The notes below the pieces were generated by a model that was given only the letters and a program-made list of their open reading frames with translations, did no database searches and was not told the DNA's origin. A DNA stretch of 64,000 nucleotides from the NCBI RefSeq assembly GCF_009914755.1, contig NC_060934.1. One strand, 5' to 3'. Both the position numbers and the translations under genes were made by a program. Each line of letters opens with the position of its first letter. The first letter of the stretch is position 1. Positions 1-13,318 of the stretch are shown here, one piece after another. The stretch is from the human T2T-CHM13v2.0 reference genome, Homo sapiens.

Positions 1-1028
1 ATTAATGGCCCAGCCAGGAGATTAAATTCTGAGAGGCCAGAAAAAGGTATTAATAGCCATTTTGAGGTGAAAAGCATCAAAGTCAAGAGTCAAGACTGGT
101 CTAAGATTCAAATAAAGTGAGAACATGAAATAATATTGTTACTGTATATTGCTGTTGCTATAATTGCAGCTTGTTTATAGGGATTGGTCAGTGGGCAGTA
201 GTTGTTCTTATGGAAAAATTGTGTTAGAGGAAAAAATAATCATCGTAGAAGTCAAATATCCTGTCTTCTATTCCTACTTGTACACGTTCACTTTTATGTG
301 GTAATTATCTCCCTGATTTCAAAAATAGAGCGAACCTTCATTCAACCAAAAGTAATTAACTTGGCTCAGTTTAGAGCTACATTGAGCTTTGCCTTTCTTA
401 GCAAGAACTTTGTTTCACATAGAGCCTGATGAATGATGAAATTCACCAAAGACAAGGTTTAAAGAACTTAAAGAGAAAATGTTTTGCAAGTATCTTGAAG
501 TATTACAGAGCAATTGATGTGTACAGATATCTTTGAAATCCTTATCAATATCAGCCTTCTCATCTTATCAGAGCAGATCCCCAGATCCATCATTTCTGGG
601 ACCACATCGTGTAAGCTTCCTGTAGGTTGTGACACGCACTTGAAAATAATAAGGCAGCTGGAAAAATAAACAAAGTAGCATTTCCTAATTCAGACTAGTC
701 TTTTCCCACCTTATTGCAGATTAATAAAATCCTACTGTGTGAGTCATATGAGAAGAAGTTCATCTTTATTCATTCAGTATTAACAAGTGCTTGTGGAGCT
801 AGTGAGCTCACACTCATGGAAGGAACCTGGAAGCTGGCGCCTCTCAAGAAGGAAAGGAAGCATGGCTGTTGGGTACACACCGTAACCATTTCCTTATCCA
901 TAAATAAGAATAACAGTGAAATTGGTTGCCCGTGGATCGACAGGCATTGTCTTTAAGGAACAAGGGTAACAGCAGAGAATGCACACGTGAGGCCATGACA
1001 TGATATAACGACGCCATGGACGGAGACC

Positions 1029-1094
1029 TCTCTACCCCTCTACCCCTCGACCCCTCAACCCCTCGACCCCTCTACCCCTCTACTCCTCTACTCC
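1029..1094. repeat. 8-bp tandem repeat (CCCCTCTA/CCCCTCGA), about 8 copies
   Basis: Read directly: ctctacccctctacccctcgacccctcaacccctcgacccctctacccctctactcctctac. Confidence 0.9.
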
Positions 1095-1585
1095 CACCTC
1101 TGGTGGGCTGGGTGAATCCTAACGTGCCAGGCAGGGACAGCCCTGCAGGAGACAGGAGGCAGTTCCAGCACCTCTCCCTCTCCGTGCTCCCACGCAGACC
1201 ACCTTTGCTTTCAGATCAGCGCCCTGGTCTTCTCTGCCTCACTCTGAAATTACAGGGAGCTCTGTTTTCCTGTTCTCCTCTCGGGAAAACACTGGAAGGT
1301 TGGAATCCCTGGAGGAGGTGGGGGATCCCTGAATGTAGCGGCGGCTGTTCCGAGGGCATGGCGCTTCATCCTCCAGCAGGTGGGCTCCGGGTGGGAGTGC
1401 TGCCCGCTTCCCAGCTGGGAGGAAGCCTCCCCCGGCAGCGCTCCTTGTGTGTCTAGGAGTCCTGGCCTCACTAGTTAATACCACTGCTTGGAAGGTTGCC
1501 AAGGAAGTCAACCTACTGGTGAGGACCACAGATGATGGAGACCAAGCGGCCTTAGGAGAAACTGAGTCCTGCATGCAGCAGCCAC

Positions 1586-1659
1586 GTGGCCCTGGGCACC
1601 ATCTGTGGCCCTTGGCACCATCCATGGCCCTGGGCACCATCCATGGCCCTGGGCACCAC
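1586..1659. repeat. 19-bp minisatellite (TGGCCCTGGGCACCATCCA), about 4 copies
   Basis: Four near-identical adjacent units visible. Confidence 0.9.
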
Positions 1660-3043
1660 CCGACATCCCTCTCCCTGCCAATGGCCTCTCCAGCTCTCTC
1701 TACACACCTGCCTTGTACTCTTGGGGCCTGGAAGTGTCCTGATATCATGCTCCCTCTGCCATGCCCCTCATTCGCTCTTTCCACAGGAACAGACAGGAAG
1801 TGTGTGCATGGAGCACTTCCTGTCTGCTCCACACTAAGGAAGAAGCAGGCGGCTGCATTGGCATGCTCCCTGCCCTCGTGTGGCTCAGCCATCCTCCTGC
1901 CTGCTGGGTCCTCGCCCAGTAGGGGCACCCCCGTTCTTCATTGCTCAGCTCAGTCCCCACTGACTCAGGGAAGCTTCCTATGGCTGCCCTGCAGGGCAGG
2001 CCTCCATCCCTGTCTCCACTTCTGGTTACTTACTCGCCTGATGCATTGGTCCACATTGGCCTGCCCACCTAGACCTAAGTCCAAGACCAAGAACCAGGAG
2101 GCAGGACCACAGCCCCCACGTTAGATAGAACCTGAACCAGCCCCCAGTGGAGCCCAGAGGTGTGTGATAAATACTTGCAGAATAATTGAAATCTAATGTG
2201 TATGGATTCTTTTTTTCGAGGTGGATATTTACCTCTGAAATGGGAACTTACAGTACTTTTTCTGGTAAATAATAAAACATTCTTTTCTAATAACAGTAAG
2301 CATATGTATGTTTGTATTTTTAAAAATATTAGTTAATATCAAAATTAGTTGCTCAGTGCCCTTGAGAGAGACTTTGGGGCATAGACAGACTGATTGCTGT
2401 TCCTTGTTTTTGCTATTTTATTAACATTCAGTGGTTACGTTATCAAATACAAAAATGTTACTTCTTCTGTTGTTAGGTTTATGTCATTTTATTCTATATA
2501 TAAACATGGTAAATTTTAGCACTTACTATGGGGCTTCCAATACTCTATTAATTAATGCTTGTAAATATTTCACACTGTATTTATGAATTTAATTTACTAT
2601 GGTTTCCTTATATTCACTTCAATGGTCTCACTTTTAAACAAAAACTTTACACATATTTACCATCTCAAGTAAATGTAATAAACTTCAAAACAAATTAATA
2701 AAGTCATTCTCAAGTTCTGTTAAACAATCCAGTCCTGTGTACAAGTGTTAATAAATTAATTTATGCCTTTCCATTTAAAGTTGCAAGTTTAAATTTAACT
2801 ATGCAATTCATCTGGAATCATGAGGCTATCCCTTGGATGCTCTGTGTATCAGATTCTCTTAAATATTACAATTACTTAAAATACAAAATATAAACAAATT
2901 GTTTCTAAAAACCAAGAAGTGTGGATTCTATGGGTCTGATTTATTTTATTCTCTCTTTTCTTAATTCTAAGCCTTTCAAAGAATAAAGTCACACACCCAT
3001 TAATAAAGAAACTACAGCAGGCGAAACAAATCAAGCCGCCCTC

Positions 3044-3861
3044 TGTGACACGGAAGGCCCTATGATCTATTTCTTCCACCTCTTCTAATACCAAGTGTGT
3101 GGTTTATCTCTCACCATGACCAGTTCTCCATATCTCTGGACACCAACTGTGTATTCTACAACTGAATCCAGTTCTAAAATTAGGGCAGACCCCACAGGTC
3201 AAGGTCTCAGTCCCATGAGACTGCCCCCACTTCGCCAATGGCAAGTTTCCGGCCTCCCTTGCTTCTGACCGACCACTTAAAAATCAGGGTTCCCACGGCC
3301 TTCTACTCGAGGTCAATAACTTGCCAGAATGGCGCATGGCACCCAGGGCAACACCTTTACCTACTATTACCAGTGCATTATGAAGGACCTGTGAACAGCC
3401 AGATGAAGAGATGCATTGCTCCAGGCCTGGGTGACAGGGGGTGGGGGGGTTCCAAATGCAGGTGCTTCTGTCCCTGGGGAGTCAGGATGCTGCCCTTCCA
3501 GAACGTCAAGCTTTTCCCCAACCTGCAAGCTCTCCAACCTCCACCATTTAGGGTTTTACAGAGGTGTCACTATAGACGTGGTTGATTACATCCTTGGCCA
3601 TTGGGGATTGGCTCCTCTCCAGCCCTCTCCCTCCTCCATATCAGAAGTTGGATTGGAGACTGAGAGCTCCAACCCTCTGGTGCTGCCTTGGTCTTTCTGA
3701 ACCCCAGACCCACCCTGAAGCTGGCTAGGGGTCCCCAGCTCCCAGTCCTGTCCTGAATACACAAAAGCCACTCTGACCACTCTAGAGATTCCAAGGGTCT
3801 TAGAAGCTCTGTGCCCAGAATCAGATGAAGACCAAAAATCTACGTCTCCTTGGATGGCACA
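3044..3861 (-). mobile_element. LTR, MER21-like
   Basis: MER21-type segments such as cagaccccacaggtcaaggtctcagtcccatgagactgcccccacttc and accaagtgtgtgg; boundaries approximate. Confidence 0.7.
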
Positions 3862-4701
3862 GTCACAAGCTATCATCAGCTGTCGGTCTGGGGCAGGTAT
3901 GCGGACACCCTGGAGAGCTTTGCTGTGGCCCTGTTGCTGGGAACCTTTGTTTGTTTTCAATCCTTGCTGGGCCAACAGACGCCCTCCGGCCATTCCCCAC
4001 GCTGGTTGAATTTACAGTCTTCTCCGTGTGATTCCATTGTTCTGGCCCAGTTCTTCTGAAGCCTCTTTCAACACCGTTGCCTCGCCTGGGTGCTGAGATC
4101 CTGTGACCCTCACCCAGCAGGAGATACAGATGCCAGGATCCGGCTAACCTAGTTACAGTTGGATTGTGAAGAAGCCAGCCATAAGCCTTCCCTTCCTAGG
4201 TCTCTTTAATGATGGAAATGTGATGTTTTAGGGTTTTTTATTTTTATTTCATTTTAGGTCGATACAAGTGACATAGAAATTTGAGTTAGGCAGTTCCCTC
4301 ACCAGGCACCTGCCTCTTCTGGATAAATCCCGGAATGAAAAGGAAGGATGAGCCTGTTTCCTTCTCCATTCCCAAATGACTTCTTCATTGGGAGTTAATG
4401 AGTTTCAAAAAAGAAAACATTTCTTCCTCACCCACTAAGAAATTCACAGCAGCCAGGCACTGAATAACCTCCTCAATAATCTCTAGGAAGGGAGTGCTGA
4501 GCACTCAGTGGCTTCCAGAAGTTCCCTGCTGGGGCTTTATTTTACATTTTACAAATAAATAGATGGTTCTCAAAAAGCTCACATTTAGTGTTAAAATTCA
4601 TCACATTGGTGTTTTGAAAACATGCCCAGCTGTGCACTTTATAGCTTTTCTCTTACTCAATCTTGTAAGAGTAACTCTTGTTCTGAGTAGTTAAAAAAAA
4701 A

Positions 4702-4703
<2 letters not shown>

Positions 4704-4735
<32 letters not shown>
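4704..4735. repeat. (CA)n microsatellite
   Basis: About 16 AC units. Confidence 0.97.
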
Positions 4736-4740
<5 letters not shown>

Positions 4741-4779
4741 GGTAACAGGACCTAAATTAAAAGTTTTATTCTGCTTTTC

Positions 4780-4870
4780 ATTTAAACTGAGTGAAACTTA
4801 TCTCTTTGGCCTCAGTCTCCTCATCTGTAAAAAGATGGGCTTGGGTTCAGTGAACCTGAGGCTTCTTCCT
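4780..4870 (+). mobile_element. MIR SINE fragment
   Basis: MIR core-like gcctcagtctcctcatctgtaaaa. Confidence 0.65.
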
Positions 4871-5374
4871 TCTAAAAAACTCACAAGTCAATGGGCTGGT
4901 CAGGGAGAGCAAAAAGAACTCAGGACCAATTACTTTTTATCAGGACCATTGTCAGTGGAAAGTGCAGAGGTTGGAATTTTTCCTTCCAAATCATTTACTT
5001 TGCTGTAGCAATATTTATGAAAAACTGACCTGAACTTCCTGAGATAAGAAAAAATGTGAACTTGCAGGTGACCAAAATGGAATATTGCAAGGGAAATATG
5101 CCGTGAAAATGATGCTGAGATTGCTATTCCGATGGAAATGTAGTAAAGTTTCCCTTATCCTGGGGAAACCATTTAAGGTTGAACAACAGCATAAAAATGA
5201 GGATTTTTTCAAGGATGCACTGCTACATTTCCCAGGCTTGCTTAGACAACCAAAGGTTGAAGAGGTTTGTGAGGTCCCCTGGTACCACAAGGCACATTCA
5301 AAGAAGACCTATTTCTCCATGAAGTTGTAAGAGAAAAGAAACTTGGGTTTGTCAATAACAGTCAACAGCACAGG

Positions 5375-5580
5375 CCAAGTGTCACTATGCTCTGAGCACA
5401 GTTGTGAGCGTGTTTGAGGCATTATATCATGATTTCTGTGTCATCATTCCTATGTCAAAGACAGGGAAACTGGGTCCAGAGAGGTGAAGTCATTCACCGA
5501 CACACAAACTCAGTAACTGATGAATTTGGGAGTTGAACGCAAGCCACCAACGTCTGAGCCCACTTTGTAAACAATACCCT
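5375..5580 (-). mobile_element. MIR SINE fragment
   Basis: gggaaactgggtccagagaggtgaagtcattcacc resembles the reverse MIR core. Confidence 0.55.
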
Positions 5581-7597
5581 CTGCTCTCTGCCCCTTAGGG
5601 AGGATTTGTGTCCTCTGTTGGAGCCTTTCTCAAAATGACCCTTTTAAGTCAGACCTTCCCTCTTCACTAAAGGCAGATGCGTCCTTGAAGACAGATGCTG
5701 TTTAACATCATGAGAAGAGTTCACATCTAGAAGGCTGTCTACATTTCTATTACAAAATTCTGTTTTACCCCAGGCATATTTGGAGAAAAATGCTTAAAAT
5801 TCTTTGACAGGCTATCTAGGGCAAAGGAACATGTAGAAGGAAAGTTCACAAATGAACAAATAAAGAAATAGCTTCTAACATATTCCCTAGCAGCAACTGC
5901 GCTAAGAGAAAAAAAAAAAAAAAAACAAAAAGGATCAAATATTTTAACCAACACTGAATGAAGTTATTTGACACACACTTTCTAGTAGAAAAGGCATGGA
6001 GAAGACCTGTAAACCAAATCTCCTAGACACAACACTTAGCCAAATGTACCAATCTCTCCTTACTCGTGAGGGTAGGAGACTATATTTTAAGAAGAAAAAT
6101 AGTTATGTTCTCATGTAAAGTGAGGGGGAAATGAGATGTCTGTGTGACATTCCACCCACACACCCACAGCCACCCTTCCGAGATTGCTTTGGTAAAACAA
6201 GTGACCCTGGTGGGTGGACACACGCCCTGCAGGCCAATGTTTAGGAGCTCTGGGAAGAGCAAGATATCTTACAGCTGTCACCAAATTAAGCTGTTTCTAT
6301 TTTGATTTACCACCCAAGACTCTGACCTCCTGTTATTTTTAAAAGTATGATAGCAAAAGAGCTTTAAAATGTACTTTTCAAAAACTCTGATTTAAAGTGA
6401 CTGAACAGCCACAATACTTTTCATCCAGAGAATCTTTGCTTTTCCAGGGAGGGGACCATTCATTTCTTAAGACTCAGAAGAGAGTTTACATAATGGCCAG
6501 TGGCCTCTATTCTGCAAATCTGGTTCCTTCAACATTTACGTAACCATATTCCACTCCCGGAGGGCCAGGAGGCATAAACCGGTGCAGGGACTCGCCCTCA
6601 TGCCCTAGGCTGTCAGAGCCTCCACTGCTCTTGCCTTAGCTCCACGTGTGAATTGCCACCTGCTCCTTATCCTGCCACACCCACCCCTCATCTGACCACA
6701 CACCCTTGTGAGAACATGCATACTACAGGAAGCTTTTGTGTTAACAGCTCATCAGGACATGGGAACTGTGCACATAAACCAGGCAGCTGCATAGATAGCA
6801 CTCCATCCTAGGCCACCTGGGGGCCGGTCTCATGGCAACCACACAGCATCAGGTACCATTATAAACACACAAGAAGTCTGTCAATAACTTCTCTTTTTCC
6901 GTTACATCTTCACTTTTATTCTATTCTGGGTAGAAACTGTATTTCCCAAAAGGAGCTCAATGAGGCATTCTTTGACAACTATTCAGGACATTTTTGGTGG
7001 TTTTACCTAAGCTGTCGGTATCCAAAACATGACTGTGCTGTGGAAAACTATCACCCATCTAGCAAGTGCACCCGTAGAGCTGGGAAAGGGAGAAAAGGCA
7101 ACTTTGGGGGAAAGTTTTATCTTGCTTGAGAACAAGATCATCCAGTAGAGCTGTGGGACCCACTCTGGAATAAGAGCGATAGATTCAGCAAGGTGAGTGT
7201 CATCCAAAGATAGGTGGTCCATGGAGGATCTGGTCACACTTTGGAGAACTTGAACTTTATGGAGAAATTTGGGGGCTCTGAGTGGGAGACTGCAGGGAAT
7301 GGGCGGGGCTGGCAGAGCCAGAGACAGAAGTTACACCTGTGATTCTAGGGCAGTGAGTGCCACCCCAAAGATGGGAAAAGATGATGTGATTTCCAAACAT
7401 ACTCTTAGGATATCTGAACTGGATCCTCATGCCCTCTGGCCTCTATACCATTTCTGTGAACCCAGCGTTGGGCTGCCTGTGGAGTAATGAAGTGGACAAT
7501 GAGGGTGACAGCACTGTGACACCTTATCAGCCTTTATCTGTAGCAGCAGAAGAGCAGTTGTCAAGTCTACATGTCCGTATTGTCCCATGAAGCTTGA

Positions 7598-7625
7598 GTG
7601 TGTGTGTGTGTGTGTGTGTGTGTGT
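7598..7625. repeat. (TG)n microsatellite
   Basis: About 14 GT units. Confidence 0.97.
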
Positions 7626-8239
7626 CCAAACTCCACAACACACCTGTAAAAACAGAACTCCCAGGTGGTATCTGGCCACCCATCTTCATAAATCCCCACG
7701 GACAATTCTGGCGCATGGCCAGGGTCAAAGAGCAATGCTACCTTGGAGCTACAGGAATGCACTCGGCGTGTGTGATGCCAGTGGTTTAAGTGGGTGGGAG
7801 CAGAGTGACATAAATGACTGGATGCTCAGGGGTGGTACAGGACAAGAAGGGGCACCCGCAGCCACACCTGGAGAACCAGGAGCAGGCGGCTGACACCAGC
7901 AGGTGGGCACGGCGTGCTCTGCTCCTGGAGTCGACCCCTCACCTGCCCTGTGGGTGAGCACCTGCTTGTGGGTCTCTCATTGGTGCTGTGGGTGACTCAG
8001 GACTGAATCACTGTCCAAGCAAGAAACGCTGAGTGTGGTCAGCCTTGCGCTGATGTTCGAGTCTTGCATTTCCTGAACAATCACAGAAGCAGCAACCATC
8101 TTCTCAGCAGCTGTTCATCTTACTTGTGGCATTATATTTAAGGGGCATTTTTTAAAGCTGGGAAAGTGAAAGGAGACACATTTTAGGTGAGAAGCAGTTT
8201 ACCTGGCAATTACTGAAGAAAAACAGTTTAGAAGCCAAA

Positions 8240-8470
8240 GCCGGCGCTGACTTCTGACTGCCGGCTCTGCAAGCCCAGGCGCTGGCTCTTGAGTGTGTCC
8301 CAAGTACCCTCTTCCGGCAGGAATGGGCATCGCCCAAGGACGTTTCCAGGGCGGCCCTCTTCTGGGGGGGTTTCCACGTCGCTCCATCCCTCTGTGGTCT
8401 GAGTTCCAGGGCTGCGCTGGAACGCGAGGCGAGCCCGGGGCTGGCTGCCGGGTTAACAAGAGAACGCGGC
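8240..8470. promoter_or_regulatory. Short CpG-rich segment, candidate regulatory element
   Basis: About 18 CpGs counted by eye in about 230 bp of non-repeat sequence, against a CpG-depleted background. Confidence 0.4.
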
Positions 8471-8681
8471 AAAACAAAAAAACCATCTGTTCAGTTGTTC
8501 TAAATTAGGCAATTTTGCAAGAAAATTGAGCAAATTATCAGTTCGATACCGCAATCACCAAAAATAACTAAATTCTGTCTTCTCTTCTTCCTATGTCAAA
8601 TCCTTTTAATTTATCAGAAAAAGGAAAGGAGACATTCACAACTTTTAATTACCGAGACTCTGCGGGTTTGCTTCCTCACTA

Positions 8682-9085
<404 letters not shown>

Positions 9086-10395
9086 TTAGTCATCTCCACT
9101 CTTCGGGTGAGGACATAGCCACTCTGGGTTTCCCTTTCCCCTCACCCCAGATGACTCACACTTTCAGACCCGCAATGCCAGGTCTCCGTAAAGATTTTCT
9201 GCAAGGGGAGTGTGGCTCTCACTTTTCTCTTTGCACAGTTTAGAGACTCTGCCCCCTGAAGGAAACACCCTTGGCCATCAAATCTCACTTGTTCCTTTCA
9301 CGCTGTTTAATCTTCAGACATCCCGAAGAATCAAATCTCATTGACTTAGTAACCCAGGATATGGCATGCACAAGGGTTCCCAGTTACACGGTTTGGGGAA
9401 CTCCTTCGTGGGACCTTGATGTATTTGTGAAAGACGCCAGACCAACGCCTTTGTGGGCAAAGAACCGCGTGTACCCATGGTTGAGTACTGGACAATGCCA
9501 GTCAGTAGGCTAAGCCCTTCATAAGCATTGCTACACAGTATCCTCACCGCAGTGTGAACTGAATTCCACCCTTATCCCTGCCTCCCGGATGGACACGTGG
9601 AGGCTTCGAGTCGGGGGACATCTTTCCCAGGGCTGAGAAGGAAGGTCTGCCCTCTCTCCCCGAGGTCCTCTGTCTGTGGCCTGCCTCTTTAGTGTGTCTT
9701 CAGGACACAGTGCTACCAAAGGGAGGAGCCACATTTTGAACCCAGATTCGCGTGATTCAAAAGCTGCCCTCTGAGCCAGGGCATCAACCTGGGATTTGCT
9801 ACCCATTCCAATGACCTATCAATCTCATGTTTTGCCCACAGTTCCTGCCAATGAAAAGTGGAAAACAGCAACCCATGAGGTCCTAGACTTTACTGGAAAA
9901 ACCACAAACGTAAGGAAGCATGTGTCTCCAACATGTGTTAACCCAGAGAGTTCCTTAGTGGTGAAAAGTCGGTCACACAGATTGCTTGGGGGTTTTTGAC
10001 GCTGAGGAAGCACTGCCGGATTGCTTGTGAGGTCGTTTGGCAGGTCTACCGTGTGAGCAGCTCACAGGCACCATTTTGTTGCAAGTGAAATTGAATTCCT
10101 AAGCATTCTAGCATAATCATCTTCTCCACGTCCCTCTTCCTTCAACTGTGGCATTCTGACTTCCAGCCTTGATTAAAAGTGGGGTTTTCAGAGGAAAGTC
10201 TTTAATTTTCCCGTGTGTTATTCTGTTCCTACCATAATTTGCACTGTCTATGTTTAAAGGGTTTTCTCATTGAACACGTGCAAGAAACAAAAGTGGTCGG
10301 TAGTCGTATTTGTACCAACTGTCAGAGCACAGCCGTCAATTATAAGCAGTTGTTGCGATGGATTTATTCCACCTAATACTCGTGCATGTGTGAGC

Positions 10396-10485
10396 GAGTG
10401 GCTGCAGTGATGGCCATTATCACACCACAGTTATTGTGCTGAGTGGCTGCAGTGATGGCCATTATCACACCACAGTGACTGTGCT
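10396..10485. repeat. 45-bp tandem duplication
   Basis: gagtggctgcagtgatggccattatcacaccacagt at 10396 and 10441. Confidence 0.92.
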
Positions 10486-11399
10486 GTGTGCAGCAGGCAC
10501 ACCCGTGTTTGGGGCGACACATGTTTCTGACCATCACTGATTAAAGTGTCCTTGGCATCTGACCTCAGTTTCACAGCTGAGACCCAGTTCCTATTCGTGC
10601 TTCCAGAAAATTGAAGACCAATTTTGGAGATTCTTGAGATTTCCTATCAGAAACTAATTGATGCCATTCTCCTTTCCAGATGGCAGCTTCTGATAGAGCT
10701 GGGCATTCGAGAAAATACAATTTAGGAGCATGGAGACTTTATAAGCAGAAAGAATCATGTGGAGACTGTCAGCTGAGATCATTGGGGACACTGTCCTGAT
10801 GATCCCAAAGTACCTAAGAACGATGGGCTGATGTCTTCTTTTTGAATATTTTGTTCTGATGACGTTTGTATTTTTAAAGCTAAAAAAGTCAAAAATTATC
10901 CTTATCTTGCCAAGTTTCTGAGGCTCAGCGACAAGGCCACACAGAGGTAAAACTGGGCCTCCCAACTCCTGATCCTACTTTGTAGAAACACTGCAGAGCT
11001 CTACGCTGGGAGGACCTCTAGAGCCTAACAGAGCAATGTATAACCAGAAAGATGCAGTCCAGAGAGGATAAGGACTGGCCACAATTATGCGAGAGGTTCT
11101 AATAATACTTAAAGTAAAAATCCAGTTCCCCAAATTCCAAACTGGTGTTCTTCTCTTCCATGGTATTAGCATGAAAACATTAGTTTTCAGTAGCAATATT
11201 CATGCCCAACGAGATGATTGGTCCTTATTCACACAGGCCCTCCTCTTGGCTTTCGGGGAAAGAAAGATCTTTTGGAAGATGAGTCATTCAAAACCCTAAG
11301 TATTAAGTGCAAAGGACACAAACACTCTAGACTCCAGTTGAAAAGAACTTTAAAATTACTAAACGTCCATGTGAATTCAGTGCGCTTTCAAGAAGAGCT

Positions 11400-11490
11400 G
11401 ACGAGTCCTGGGTTCCAGCACCCTCTAGCCCCTTAGCTGCTGGTAGATCTCAGGTGCTGAACTCAGGTTCCTCATCTGTAGATTGGAACT
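11400..11490 (+). mobile_element. MIR fragment
   Basis: cctgggttccag...ctcaggttcctcatctgta. Confidence 0.5.
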
Positions 11491-11769
11491 CGTGACTCAA
11501 CAAGGTATGTAATCGAACTCTGAGACAGAAACGCAGGAGTTCCCACTTCCAACAAAGGATCAACAAGAGAGCTCCTCAGCCCTGACCACAAATCCACCCG
11601 AACTCCCAGGAGATTCAGAAACAGCCATAGCGAGGGCTTGCTCTGGGCAAAACCAAGATAAATAGGCTCTCTGAGCTAATGCATCCTGTTCATCAGGAAG
11701 TGCCGTGGCTGGCAGGAAGCCCAGTTTGCAAGGGCCCAACTGGCCCAGAACTGTGAGACGGGAGCCAAG

Positions 11770-11880
11770 GAGACAGAGATCTTGCCCTGGCTCTGCCTCT
11801 GATGACCTGGGTGAGGGAGCCACTGGTTCTCTGAGCCTCAGTTTCCTTGCTGTGCACTGAAGTGTCTGCTGAACTCTAAG
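11770..11880 (+). mobile_element. MIR fragment
   Basis: ctctgagcctcagtttcctt core. Confidence 0.55.
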
Positions 11881-12651
11881 GGGGTGCGTGTTCTTCGTTT
11901 GGAGCAGAACCTCATGCTGCATACATCGATGTTTCTGTCTCAAGGAGCTATGGAGTCACAAAGGCAGGGGACAGCTGAGGGAGGCCTCCCAGGCCTACAC
12001 ATGGTATTGACTGCCTCTGAGCCACTGAAACGAACCTGTTCATTTTACAGCCTGTGGGTACTGCAAAGCCTAAGATTTGTAGTCACGCGAAGTTTCTGAT
12101 CAGGGTGTCCTCCAGAGTAGAGTGCCCACGACAATTAAATGGACGTTTTGTTTCTTGTATTTTAGGGAACAAAGTGTCAACCAGCTTCCTCGTTTTATCC
12201 TCGGTGGAAAAGTCACCTTGGAGCCAGCAGGGTTGTTGCTGCACCTTAGAAATACAACCGCGGGACAACAGCCACAATTACCTAGAAAAGTGGAATGAAA
12301 TTGCTCTTGAGCAAGTAAAGGGAAAGCAACATGTCCTTTGATGGCTGCTAGAAAGGAGAGGAGAGCAGAGTTAGGTGGATGAAACAGGCTGTGATGGAAC
12401 CCGCCTGTGCCCATCAGAACAGGTGCCAGCAGGAGCAACTTGGCAGACCCCTGAGCTTGCAGGCTTGGTGGAAGCAGAGTAGCTTCCCTCGGACATGTGT
12501 GCCCAGGACCTGGGGGCCATGGTGTACCACAGGCTGCAGGATCGAGCCTCCACTCGACACCGCCTGTCCATCCTAGGGCACAAATTCTCTCCTGGCTTGT
12601 GGTACATAAGCCCACAGGACCTCAGAAGAGTCGTTGCAAAGATGGGGAAGG

Positions 12652-13318
12652 TGCCATGGTTTATTTTATGTATTGTCTTCACCAGGCTAAGGGGTATACA
12701 GGTAGCTGGTAAAGGATGATTTCTTGGGAGGGCGGTGAGGGCATTTCTGGAAGAGGTGAGCATGTGAACCAGTGGACTGAGTGAAAAGGCTCCACCCTCA
12801 CCCATGTGGGCAACATCAACCTGTCCCCCGAGGGCTTGAATAGACCAGAAAGTGAAGGGAGGGCAGATTTCCTCTGTTTCAGCTGAGACATCCTCTCCTG
12901 CCCTGGGACATCTGAGTTCCTGGTTCTCAGGCTTCAGATGCAGACTGGGACTGACATCATCAGCTCTCCCAGGTCTCCAGCGTGCAGGAGGGAACATGTG
13001 GGTCTTCCCAGCCTCCACAATCGCATAAGCCAATTCCTCTTAATAAACCTCTTCTATAAATTCCTGTCTGTCTGTCTGTCCATCTATCTATTTATCCCTG
13101 TCCGTTATGTATCTATCGGTCTGTCATCTATCTGTCTATCTGTTGTCTATCTGTTGTTTGTCTCTCCATCTGTCTATCTGTTGCTTGTCTCTCCATCTGT
13201 CTGTCTATCTGTTGTTTGTCTTTCCATCTGTCTATCTGTCTCTCTATCTGTCATCTGCCTATCCACTTATCTATTTATCTTGTTGCTTCTGTTTCTCTGG
13301 AGAACCCTGACTAACACA
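12652..13318 (+). mobile_element. MLT2-family (ERVL) solo LTR with internal simple-repeat expansion
   Basis: Starts tgccatggtttattttatg; contains ccagtggactgagtgaaaa and ataagccaattcctcttaataaacct; ends ttctgtttctctggagaaccctgactaacaca. Confidence 0.85.
13064..13282. repeat. Degenerate (TCTA/TCTG)n tract inside the MLT2 LTR
   Basis: Read directly. Confidence 0.9.

Noticed and set aside
1016-2124. Overlapping long ORFs of 146, 225 and 229 aa
   Set aside because: GC-rich sequence crossing two tandem repeats, open on both strands, no recognisable domain, and some starts are non-ATG; best explained as chance ORFs
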